In this document: in pieces, positions 10,363 through 18,338 of the stretch | Position numbering within the stretch: position 1 is the stretch's first letter | Layout: every line of letters begins with the position of its first letter | Origin: Sinorhizobium meliloti | GTDB taxonomy: Bacteria > Pseudomonadota > Alphaproteobacteria > Rhizobiales > Rhizobiaceae | Direction: 5' to 3' | DNA length: 32,000 bases | Assembly: GCF_017876815.1 (NCBI RefSeq) | Contig: NZ_JAGIOS010000002.1 | Span: 660,001-692,000 of the forward strand | Notes under the pieces: generated by a model | What the model saw: the letters and a program-made list of their open reading frames with translations, nothing else | Database searches by the model: none | What the model was told of the DNA's origin: nothing | Translations under genes and position numbers: made by a program

Positions 10363-10973
10363 GCCAGAAACTCGGCCCCGAACCCACCATCCATCCGACT
10401 GCGAGCGTCGTGAACTCGACCCTCGGCCGCTACACCGAAGTCCAGGAACGCTCGCGCCTCGACGAGGTCGAGTTCGGCGACTATTCCTACATCATGCAGG
10501 ACGGTTCGATCTGGTGCGCGACGGTCGGCAAATTCGTCAACATCGCCGCGGCCGTGCGCATCAATGCCACCAACCACCCGACTTGGCGGGCGACGCTGCA
10601 TCATTTCACCTATCGCGCACCTATGTACTGGGACGATGCGGAGCCCGACCACGATCTCTTCGCCTGGCGGCGGCAGAACCGGGTGACGATCGGCCACGAC
10701 GTCTGGATCGGCCACGGCGCTACGGTCCTGCCCGGCGTGAGCGTCGGCAACGGAGCCGTGATCGGCGCCGGCGCCGTCGTCTCCAAGGACGTCGCGCCCT
10801 ACACGATCGTCGGCGGGGTCCCTGCGAAACTCATCCGCGACCGCTTCACAGCCAGGATCGGCGAAGCCATGGACCGGCTCGCCTGGTGGGATTGGGATCA
10901 CGCCAAGCTGCGCCACGCGCTGGACGATTTCCGGGAACTGACGGCGGAGGAGTTTCTTGTGCGGTATAGTTAG
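10359..10973 (+). CDS. Hexapeptide-repeat (left-handed beta-helix, XAT/CatB-like) acyltransferase associated with phosphonate metabolism
   Basis: ATG 10359 overlaps the phnL stop (ATGA). It carries hexapeptide repeats ([35 protein letters not shown]). 204 aa. From memory, a transferase family of this type is recurrently linked to phn operons. Confidence 0.85.
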   Translation: MSQKLGPEPTIHPTASVVNSTLGRYTEVQERSRLDEVEFGDYSYIMQDGSIWCATVGKFVNIAAAVRINATNHPTWRATLHHFTYRAPMYWDDAEPDHDLFAWRRQNRVTIGHDVWIGHGATVLPGVSVGNGAVIGAGAVVSKDVAPYTIVGGVPAKLIRDRFTARIGEAMDRLAWWDWDHAKLRHALDDFRELTAEEFLVRYS

Positions 10974-10990
10974 GCGCCGCGCATATGATA

Positions 10991-11101
10991 CCCCTCATCC
11001 CGCTGCCGCGACCTTCTCCCCGTTTCGACGGGGAGAAGGGACAAGCCGCAGACCCTTAAGTCCCCTCTCCCCGCATGCGGGGAGAGGGCTAGGGTGAGGG
11101 G
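10991..11101. repeat. Palindrome-rich intergenic mosaic element (RIME/MITE-like), copy 2; likely bidirectional terminator between convergent genes
   Basis: CCCCTCATCCCGCTGCCGCGA leads into hairpin CCTTCTCCCCG-TTTCGA-CGGGGAGAAGG (11012-11039). The perfect palindrome CCCTCTCCCCGCATGCGGGGAGAGGG follows at 11063-11088. It ends in GGGTGAGGGG, an imperfect inverse of the left end. Confidence 0.75.
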
Positions 11102-11123
11102 CAAATCCGCCGCCGCAAGCGTA

Positions 11124-12842
11124 TCAACCCGCCGCAGCTTCCCTCAAAAACGCACCCGCGACCCGTGCCACCAGCGCCAGCGAGACCGCACCCGCATCCG
11201 GGTGGCCGATGCTCTTTTCGGCCAGCGGCCGCGCCCGGCCGAGTTTCGGGGTCAGCGCGGAGGTCGCATCGGCGGCCTCTTGTGCGGCCTTGGCCGCCGC
11301 GTTCCAGGCTTCCACAAGCGGCCTGCCGGCGGCGGATTCCCTTTCCAGCGTCGCCACGAAGGGCACCAGCGCGTCGACCAGCGTCTTGTCGCCCACCCGC
11401 GCGCGGCCGAGGCGCGTGACGCCGTCGAGTGCGAGGCGGGAGCCCTTCACGATCGCCGCGTCGCTCACCTTATCCTCATCGCTGAGGGCATTGCTCCAGG
11501 AGCGCAGAGCCAGGCCCCAGATGGCGCCCGAGGTGCCGCCGGCGCGGTCCGCCCAGGCGTCGCCCGCGGCAGCAAGTACGCTTGCAGCCCCTGCCCCCGC
11601 CACGACCGCGGTCTGTGCTGCGTCGAATGCGGCGGCAGAACCGCGGCGCATGCCCTGGCCGTGATCGCCGTCGCCGGCAAAGGCGTCGATGCGGCCGAGC
11701 TCCTCTTCCGCCTCCTTGAGCGCCTCGGCAATATTGCCGATCAGCCGGGCGATGCATTTGCCGCTTTCCTTCGAGGCGTCCGATGCAGGGCCGAAAGACT
11801 GCGGTCCGTCGGCGTCTACGATCTCGTCGGTCGCCGGTTCGGCGGCAATGATCACGCCCTTGCGCAGCACCGGCGCATCCGTGGGCGCGCGCCAGAGCGC
11901 CTCCAGCTCTTCGTCCAGCCAGAGAAGGGTGAGCGAGCAGCCCTGCATGTCGAGGCTGGTGACGAATTCGCCGCATTCGGGGTCGACGATTTCAAGACCC
12001 GCGTCATTGAGCTGTCTGGCGACCGCCGTCCAGAGCACGAAGAGTTCTTCATATTTGGTCGAGCCGAGGCCGTTCAGCACGGCGGCCACCTTCCTGGAGC
12101 CCTCGGGGCGCTCGGCAAGAAGCTTGCCGGTAAGGAGCTTTGCGAGATCGCTCGCCGTCGCGATCGTCTCCTCGCTGACGCCCGGTTCGCCGTGAATGCC
12201 GAGCCCGAGCGCCATCTGGCCCTTCGGCACGGTGAAGAGCGGGCCGGCAGCACCCGGAAGCGTGCAGCCGCCGAAGGCGACGCCGAAGGATACCGTCCGA
12301 TCATTGGCATGACGCGCGAGCCGTTCGACCTCGTCGAGCGACTTGCCGGCTTCGGCTGCCGCGCCGGCAATCTTGAAGACGACGAGGTCGCCGGCAATCC
12401 CGCGGCGCTTGGCAGACGTTTCCGCGGGCGCACTCGCCACGTCGTCGGTCACCGGCAGGATGCGCACGTCGATGCCTTCGGAGCGAAGCCGTTCGGCAGC
12501 AACCCCGAAATTCAGGACGTCGCCGGCGTAATTGCCGAAGCCGAGAAGCACTCCGCCGCCCTGGTCGGCATGGCGGCAGACGCGGGCTACCGCGGCAGTC
12601 GAGGGCGAGGCAAAGACATCGCCGGCGACCGCCGCGTCGGCGAGCCCCGGCCCGACATAACCGGCAAAGGCCGGGTAATGTCCCGAGCCGCCGCCGACCA
12701 CGACGGCGACCTTGCCCTTCGGCACCTTGGTCGAGCGCACGACGCCGCCCTTCACCAGGCGGACGTTGCGCTGATAGATCGCTGCGAAACCGGCGAGTGC
12801 GGTCGTGGCGAAATCTTCCGGAGCGTCAAAGATCGTGGTCAT
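11124..12842 (-). CDS. ATP-dependent dihydroxyacetone/triose-tetrulose kinase family protein (fused DhaK-DhaL)
   Basis: 572-aa ORF. N-terminal DhaK domain (VVVGGGSGHYPAFAGYVG) and C-terminal DhaL domain with the nucleotide-binding Asp cluster (DAFAGDGDHGQGM). The single-chain fusion is the ATP-dependent, non-PTS type. Confidence 0.9.
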   Translation of the reverse strand: MTTIFDAPEDFATTALAGFAAIYQRNVRLVKGGVVRSTKVPKGKVAVVVGGGSGHYPAFAGYVGPGLADAAVAGDVFASPSTAAVARVCRHADQGGGVLLGFGNYAGDVLNFGVAAERLRSEGIDVRILPVTDDVASAPAETSAKRRGIAGDLVVFKIAGAAAEAGKSLDEVERLARHANDRTVSFGVAFGGCTLPGAAGPLFTVPKGQMALGLGIHGEPGVSEETIATASDLAKLLTGKLLAERPEGSRKVAAVLNGLGSTKYEELFVLWTAVARQLNDAGLEIVDPECGEFVTSLDMQGCSLTLLWLDEELEALWRAPTDAPVLRKGVIIAAEPATDEIVDADGPQSFGPASDASKESGKCIARLIGNIAEALKEAEEELGRIDAFAGDGDHGQGMRRGSAAAFDAAQTAVVAGAGAASVLAAAGDAWADRAGGTSGAIWGLALRSWSNALSDEDKVSDAAIVKGSRLALDGVTRLGRARVGDKTLVDALVPFVATLERESAAGRPLVEAWNAAAKAAQEAADATSALTPKLGRARPLAEKSIGHPDAGAVSLALVARVAGAFLREAAAG

Positions 12843-12858
12843 CGCTTCAATGTCCCCT

Positions 12859-13800
12859 TCAATGTCCTTCTTGTCGAGGCAGGATACGCCTCAGATAGTC
12901 GCGATTGGCGGCGCTGACGGAAAGGCCGTCACCGCCGTAATGCTCGCAGAGGAAGGGACTGTCGAAGCCATGCGCCAGCGCCATGCGAATTGCCGCCCGA
13001 TAGTTGATCAGGCCGAATTCGAGCGGGGCCGGATGGGTGACGATGACGCCCGATGCCGGATCTTCCGTGCGGTTGTAGTTCTTGACGTGCCAGTATTTGG
13101 CAAAAGGCGCAACCTTCGCCATCATTTCCTGCCAATGTTCCACGGGCCGGTGCAGGCGGATGAGATTGCCGAGATCGGCATTGATGCCGACATTGGCGAG
13201 GCCGACCTCCTTAACGAAGCGCACGGAACTGTCAGCCGTGCCCAGATAGGTGTCCTCGTACATCTCCAGCGAAACTTCGATGCCGAGTTCTTCGGCATGG
13301 CGGCCGAGTTCGCGAACACGCGAAACCGCCAACTGCCAGGTTCCCGCGTCGTCGGGGTTCTTCACGCCGTCGACCGTCCAGAACCAGAGCACTTTCTTCT
13401 GCGCCTCCGTCAGCGGGCCGAAGAAGCCGAAGGACACGGAACCGGCGCCTACGGCGGCGGCCGCCTCGATGACCCGGTGTCCATAGGCGAGGTATTCCTC
13501 GCCATGTTCCGGGTCTATGAGGCTGCGCCGCGAGGTGGAGATCGCCGGTATCGTGAGGCCGAGAGACCGGGTCAGACCCACGAATTCATCGAGCCTTTCC
13601 GCCGAAAGATCCGCCAGCCGTATCCAGCTGTCAGTCGGGTCCAGTTCCGTGAAGCCGGCATCGACCACGTCGGCGAGCGTCGCCGCCCACTCCTCGACCG
13701 TCTGGTCCTGCACCGATCGGCCGTCCGGCAGAAGGTTGGGGTACTGGATCATCGCGGCCGCAATCGGCCAGTTGTCACGGTTCCATTTGCGCGGCGCCAT
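12859..13800 (-). CDS. Sugar phosphate isomerase/epimerase (xylose-isomerase-like TIM barrel)
   Basis: 313-aa ORF with GAGGAG RBS. It shows the spaced acidic/His metal-ligand pattern typical of the family (EVSLEMYED, GINADLGNL, YWHVKNY, FLCEHYG). The assignment is at family level only. Confidence 0.75.
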   Translation of the reverse strand: MAPRKWNRDNWPIAAAMIQYPNLLPDGRSVQDQTVEEWAATLADVVDAGFTELDPTDSWIRLADLSAERLDEFVGLTRSLGLTIPAISTSRRSLIDPEHGEEYLAYGHRVIEAAAAVGAGSVSFGFFGPLTEAQKKVLWFWTVDGVKNPDDAGTWQLAVSRVRELGRHAEELGIEVSLEMYEDTYLGTADSSVRFVKEVGLANVGINADLGNLIRLHRPVEHWQEMMAKVAPFAKYWHVKNYNRTEDPASGVIVTHPAPLEFGLINYRAAIRMALAHGFDSPFLCEHYGGDGLSVSAANRDYLRRILPRQEGH

Positions 13801-13853
13801 GGCGGACTCCTCGGGATTGAATTGGAACTAGGGGTACCGGACGAGGCAGCCGG

Positions 13854-15392
13854 TCAGGCCGCCGCGTTGCCGTCGCCGCTCGAAGCGGCAACCTCGTTCT
13901 TGCGCTTGCGCAATGTGCCGATCAGCCAGAAGAAGAGCGGCGACAGAAGCAGCGCAAGGGCGACGGCCATCAGGGCGGAGACAAGGCCGTTCGACCAGAA
14001 GATGTCGAGGCTGCCGCCCGACATCAGCATCGACTGGCGGAAGGCGTCTTCCGCCTTGTCGCCGAGCACCATGGCGAGAACCAGCGGCGCCAGCGGGTAG
14101 TCGAGCTTCTTGAACACATAGCCGAGGAGACCGAAGCCGATCACCATGAAGATGTCCGAGACGGAGTTCGCGACCTGGTAGGCCCCCGAGAAGATCACCG
14201 CGACGATGATCGGTCCGATGATCGAGAACGGCACGCGCAGGATCGAGGCGTAAAGCGGCACCGTCGCGATCACGAGGAAGACGGCGACGACATTGCCGAG
14301 ATACATGGAGGCGATCAGACCCCAGACGAAGTCCGGGCGATCGGTGAAGAGCATCGGGCCGGGCGTCAGGCCCCAGATCATCAACCCGCCCATCATCACC
14401 GCGGCGGTGGCGGAACCCGGGACGCCGAGCGCCAGCATCGGCAGCAGGGCCGATGTGCCGGCGGAATGGTCGGCCGTCTCCGGCGCGACGATGCCGCGCG
14501 GATCGCCCTTGCCGAACATCGACTTGTCGCGCGCCGAGCGCCGGGCGACGCCATAGCTCATGAAGGAGGCGGCGGTCGGGCCGGCCGGCGTGATCCCCAT
14601 CCAGATGCCGATGATCGTCGAGCGGGCGATCGTCAGCCAGTAGCGCGGGATCTCGATCAGCGTCCTGCCGATCTCGGAGAGACGCACCCGAGCCTTGATG
14701 CCTTCGAAGCGCAGCCCCTCTTCCGTCGTCAGCAGGAGTTCGCCGATGCCGAAGAGTCCCATGACGGCAATCAGGAAGCTCACGCCCTTGATCAGTTCGG
14801 GAATGTCGAAGGTGAGCCTCAGATTGCCGGATATCGTATCCATGCCGATCGAGGCGAGCGCAAAGCCGAGCATCATCGAGACGAGCGTCTTGAAGGGCGA
14901 CTGCGCGCCCATCGAGATGAAGCTCGCAAAGGCGAGGAAGTAGACGGCGAAATATTCGGGCGAGGAGAATTTGAGTGCAAAGTTCGCCACCCAGCCCGAA
15001 AGCAGCGTGATCATGACGACGCCGGCAAGCGCGCCGAGGCCGGCCGAAACGAAGGCGAGCGTGAGCGCCCGGCTCGCATGGCCGGCTCTCGCCATGGGAT
15101 AGCCGTCGAATGTCGTGGCGACCGAGGAGGGCTCGCCCGGAATGTTGAAGAGGATCGACGTGGTCGAGCCGCCGAAAAGCGCGCCCCAATACATGCAGGA
15201 CAGGAGGATGATCGCCGAGATCGGGTCCATGGAGAAGGTCAGCGGCAGGAGCAGCGACACACCGTTCGGCGCACCGAGGCCCGGCAGCACGCCGACGAGG
15301 ATGCCGAGCGTCACGCCGACGATCATCAGCAGGATGTGGTTCCAGCTGAGGATGTGGCCGAAGCCATCGATCAGAAGACCGATATTTTCCAT
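13854..15392 (-). CDS. tctA: Tripartite tricarboxylate transporter (TTT) large permease TctA
   Basis: 512-aa polytopic membrane protein with GGAGGA RBS. TctA-family sequence throughout (GVLPGLGAPNGVSLLLP, PGEPSSVATTFDGYPMA), downstream of tctC and tctB. Confidence 0.92.
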   Translation of the reverse strand: MENIGLLIDGFGHILSWNHILLMIVGVTLGILVGVLPGLGAPNGVSLLLPLTFSMDPISAIILLSCMYWGALFGGSTTSILFNIPGEPSSVATTFDGYPMARAGHASRALTLAFVSAGLGALAGVVMITLLSGWVANFALKFSSPEYFAVYFLAFASFISMGAQSPFKTLVSMMLGFALASIGMDTISGNLRLTFDIPELIKGVSFLIAVMGLFGIGELLLTTEEGLRFEGIKARVRLSEIGRTLIEIPRYWLTIARSTIIGIWMGITPAGPTAASFMSYGVARRSARDKSMFGKGDPRGIVAPETADHSAGTSALLPMLALGVPGSATAAVMMGGLMIWGLTPGPMLFTDRPDFVWGLIASMYLGNVVAVFLVIATVPLYASILRVPFSIIGPIIVAVIFSGAYQVANSVSDIFMVIGFGLLGYVFKKLDYPLAPLVLAMVLGDKAEDAFRQSMLMSGGSLDIFWSNGLVSALMAVALALLLSPLFFWLIGTLRKRKNEVAASSGDGNAAA

Positions 15393-15426
15393 GTCATTCC
15401 TCCCGCAAGCACTGCACCCTTGCGGG

Positions 15427-15927
15427 TCAGTAGATTCCGAACCAGGCCTCGACCGGTCCCTTCAGCAGCGGAACCTGGAAGCCGATTTCGAAAACGATGA
15501 AAAAGAAGATCGAGACCCCGAGTCCTGCGGGGATCGCGATCCACCATTTGTAGCGCCCCTGGAAGAGCATCGTCGCGGCGATGTAGAGCGCCGTTCCGAC
15601 ATAGAGCCCCAGCCAGGCGGAAACGGCGGCGAAGGCCGCAACCGGTAGCAGGAAAGAGGCGACCACTCTGGCGCGGGCGCCGTCGAGGAAGACCTCGCCC
15701 GTACCGCGATGCTTGAAAAATGCGTGCCCGATATTGGCGAGGCTGCCGAGAACGATGAGCAGGCCGATATAGAAGGGGAAATAGCCTGCATCCGGACCCA
15801 TATCTGTCCAGCCCGCACCGATGTCGAGGGAGCCGTAGCAGACAGCGATGCCGAAGGCACCGGTCAGCGCGGCGACGCCGAGTTCCACCGCAAAACGGCT
15901 GACCCCATTCGCACTTTTCTCACTCAT
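15427..15927 (-). CDS. tctB: TTT small membrane subunit TctB
   Basis: Four hydrophobic segments, about 166 aa from ATG 15927 behind GGAAAGG. The track ORF start at 16014 would add a 29-aa non-hydrophobic extension. Confidence 0.8.
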   Translation of the reverse strand: MSEKSANGVSRFAVELGVAALTGAFGIAVCYGSLDIGAGWTDMGPDAGYFPFYIGLLIVLGSLANIGHAFFKHRGTGEVFLDGARARVVASFLLPVAAFAAVSAWLGLYVGTALYIAATMLFQGRYKWWIAIPAGLGVSIFFFIVFEIGFQVPLLKGPVEAWFGIY

Positions 15928-16032
15928 GATCGTGACCTTTCCGAGCAGAGAATGGGCGTTCGAGAGGCCGAGGATGGATGCGGTTCTGCCCGCATCCTCT
16001 TCCCTGGGTCCCAAGCGCCCATCGACCGGTAC

Positions 16033-17019
16033 TTAGTTGGCGAGCCAGCCTTCGCGCTTCAGCACTTCGCCGACCGTCGCGCCATCCTTTTCGATGACGG
16101 CTTTGAGTTCGTCGCCGGTCACATAGCCGGGAGACTGCGAGCTGTCGGCGAGATATTTCGCCCATTCCGGCGTCTCGGAAACCTTGCGCAGGACATCCGC
16201 ATAGAACTGGACGACCTCAGGTTCGACGCCGGCCGGCAGCCAGACGGTGCGCGGCATCGAGTAGTTTTCGATCGGAATGCCGGCTTCCTTGCAGGTCGGG
16301 ATATCGCTCCAGGCCTTGTCGCCGGCGACCTTGGCGTCGCTCGTGAACTTCGCGCTCTTGAAGACGCAGAGTGGCTTGATCATGCCGGCCTGCCATTGAC
16401 CGAGGTTCTCGCTCGGATTGTTGACATTGGCGTCGAGGTGCTCGCCGGCAAGCTGAACGGCCGCCTCGCCGCCGCTCTTGAAGGGGATGTAGTTGATCTT
16501 GGCGCCGGTTGCGTCGTTGATCATCGAGGTCAGGATCTGGTCGGCGTCCTTGGACTGGCTGCCGCCGATCTTCAGGCCGCCTTCCTTCGCCTTGGCCACG
16601 AAATCGGCAGCCGTCGCGTAGTCCGCCTTGCCATTGACCCAAAGCACGAACTCGTCGGACGCGAGCGAGGCGACCGGCGTCAGGTCCTCGGACGTATAGG
16701 GCACCTTGGCGCGGACCGGCAGCAGGTAGGCATTGTTGGTGCCGAAGGCGAGCTTGTAGGGATCGCCCTTGTAGCCAGCCGTGTAGACGAAGCCTTCCGC
16801 GCCGCCGGCGCTGCCCTTGTTGGTGACGACGACCGGTGCCTTCATCAGCTCGTACTTGCCGATGATCGCCTGGATGGTGCGCGCGAAGATATCGGTACCG
16901 CCGCCGGGGCCGGCGGTGACGACGAATTCGACCGGGCGGTTCGGCTCGAAGGCCGATGCCGGCGCGGCAAGGCCGAAAGCGGCGGCCGCGATTACTGCGA
17001 TGGAGACGGATTTTTTCAT
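16033..17019 (-). CDS. tctC: TTT periplasmic substrate-binding protein TctC (Bug family)
   Basis: ATG 17019 behind GGGAGGA gives the signal peptide MKKSVSIAVIAAAAFGLAAPASA. The mature part is Bug/TctC-like (PVEFVVTAGPGGGTDIFAR). The track start at 17079 precedes the RBS. Confidence 0.9.
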   Translation of the reverse strand: MKKSVSIAVIAAAAFGLAAPASAFEPNRPVEFVVTAGPGGGTDIFARTIQAIIGKYELMKAPVVVTNKGSAGGAEGFVYTAGYKGDPYKLAFGTNNAYLLPVRAKVPYTSEDLTPVASLASDEFVLWVNGKADYATAADFVAKAKEGGLKIGGSQSKDADQILTSMINDATGAKINYIPFKSGGEAAVQLAGEHLDANVNNPSENLGQWQAGMIKPLCVFKSAKFTSDAKVAGDKAWSDIPTCKEAGIPIENYSMPRTVWLPAGVEPEVVQFYADVLRKVSETPEWAKYLADSSQSPGYVTGDELKAVIEKDGATVGEVLKREGWLAN

Positions 17020-17094
17020 GCGTGGTCCTCCCGTTGAGTTGGATTGCGGCGCGAGACCTCCCCTCACGCCGGTATTCATCGAAAGCGTGCGAAT

Positions 17095-18141
17095 TCAGGC
17101 AGCAGCCGAAAGCGCCCTCTTTTTCTTCGCCATGCGGGCTGCAAGCAGGATCGCCTCGCGTGTTGCGCCTATATCGGCGATACCCTTGCCGGCGATGTCG
17201 TAGGCGGTGCCGTGGGCGGGCGTGCAGAGCGGGAACGGCAGTCCGCCCATCATCGTCACACCCTTGTCGAAGCCGATGATCTTCATGGCGATCTGACCCT
17301 GATCGTGATACATGGTCATCACCGCGTTGAAGCCTTCCTTCAGCGCCCGGAGGAAGACCGTATCGGCCGGGAACGGCCCCTCGACATTAAAGCCGAGCGC
17401 CCTGGCCTTCTCGACCGCCGGCTCGATGATGTCGATCTCTTCCATGCCGAAGCTGCCGCCGTCGCCGGCATGCGGATTGAGTCCCGCAACTGCGATCTTC
17501 GCCTCCTCGTAGCCGGCATCCTTGAGGCAGGCCTGCGTCAGTTTGAGTTCGGCAAGGATCGCGTCCACCGACAGGTGGGATGCCACGTCCTTGAGCGGGA
17601 TATGCGACGTCACCCGCGCGTTCCACACCTTTTCGAGAACATTGAATTCACGAACTTTTCCGGTGAAGGAAAGCACGTCGGCGACGAAGCGGATCTCGTC
17701 GTCATAGCCGGGATAGGCAAAGCGCATCGCCTTCTTGTTGAAGGGCGTGAAGCAGACGGCATCGGCCTTGCCCGCATGGGCGAGTTCGAGCGCGGTGCGG
17801 AAATTGCGTGTGGCGAAGGTGCCGCCGGCCAGCGTCGCCTCGCCGCGCACCACATCGGCCGGATCGAGATGGGCGAGATCCACGAAGACGTGGCGGGCGG
17901 TGCCGGCGTTGTCGAGCGCGTCGAGCGAAGCGGCTTCCAGATCCAGCGTGACGCCGGCCACCCGGGCGCCCTCGTCGAGGATGCGGCGATCGCCGATGGC
18001 GATGATGTGCGCCGCGTCGCGGATGTCGGAAAGGGCCAGCAGCCGCGCCGTCAGTTCCGGGCTGATTCCCGCGGGGTCGCCCATGGCCAGCGCAATCACA
18101 GGGCGCCGCTCCTTCGTTCCGTCCGCTCCTGATGTCGTCAT
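17095..18141 (-). CDS. PdxA-family NAD(P)-dependent beta-hydroxyacid dehydrogenase/decarboxylase (PdxA2-like)
   Basis: ATG 18141 is 8 nt behind GGAGGA. PdxA hallmarks: IALAMGDPAGISPEL, GLNPHAGDGG, TPAHGTAYDIAGKGIAD. It is the first gene of the minus-strand operon. Confidence 0.88.
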   Translation of the reverse strand: MTTSGADGTKERRPVIALAMGDPAGISPELTARLLALSDIRDAAHIIAIGDRRILDEGARVAGVTLDLEAASLDALDNAGTARHVFVDLAHLDPADVVRGEATLAGGTFATRNFRTALELAHAGKADAVCFTPFNKKAMRFAYPGYDDEIRFVADVLSFTGKVREFNVLEKVWNARVTSHIPLKDVASHLSVDAILAELKLTQACLKDAGYEEAKIAVAGLNPHAGDGGSFGMEEIDIIEPAVEKARALGFNVEGPFPADTVFLRALKEGFNAVMTMYHDQGQIAMKIIGFDKGVTMMGGLPFPLCTPAHGTAYDIAGKGIADIGATREAILLAARMAKKKRALSAAA

Positions 18142-18188
18142 TCGAGATGTCCTCCGCTTCATGCTTCGATGTCTCATACGTCATTCAA

Positions 18189-18222
18189 AATTCTGCATCA
18201 AGTCTTTTGCATTCTGTATGCA
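18189..18222. promoter_or_regulatory. Repeated ATTCTG(C/T)AT motifs and a TGCAT-N5-ATGCA inverted repeat; candidate GntR operator in a divergent promoter region
   Basis: ATTCTGCAT (18190-18198) and ATTCTGTAT (18211-18219) lie 21 bp apart. TGCATTCTGTATGCA (18208-18222) is an inverted repeat. A TTGACG -35-like hexamer sits at 18233-18238. The site lies between the PdxA-like operon and the GntR gene. Confidence 0.3.
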
Positions 18223-18338
18223 GCATTTTCTGTTGACGACGTCAGGGGCAGTCTCCATGCTTGAATGAACGGCGCTGATTCAATCGCGCATACTCAAGGG
18301 GAAGGGCCGCGCGGCGGTCCGAAGCTCAGACGAGAAAA

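Noticed and set aside
11094-12917. 607-aa plus-strand ORF antisense to the Dak kinase gene
   Set aside because: A shadow ORF. The minus-strand product carries clear DhaK and DhaL motifs, whereas this frame gives Arg/Gly/Ala-rich filler.
12805-18132. Series of long alternative-frame or antisense ORFs (12805-14100 +, 13828-15189 -, 14466-15500 +, 15709-17037 +, 17044-18132 +) over the isomerase, tctABC and PdxA-like genes
   Set aside because: Each is fully overlapped by a gene with convincing family features. Their compositions (runs of R, G, D, E, A, P) are characteristic of off-frame high-GC translation.
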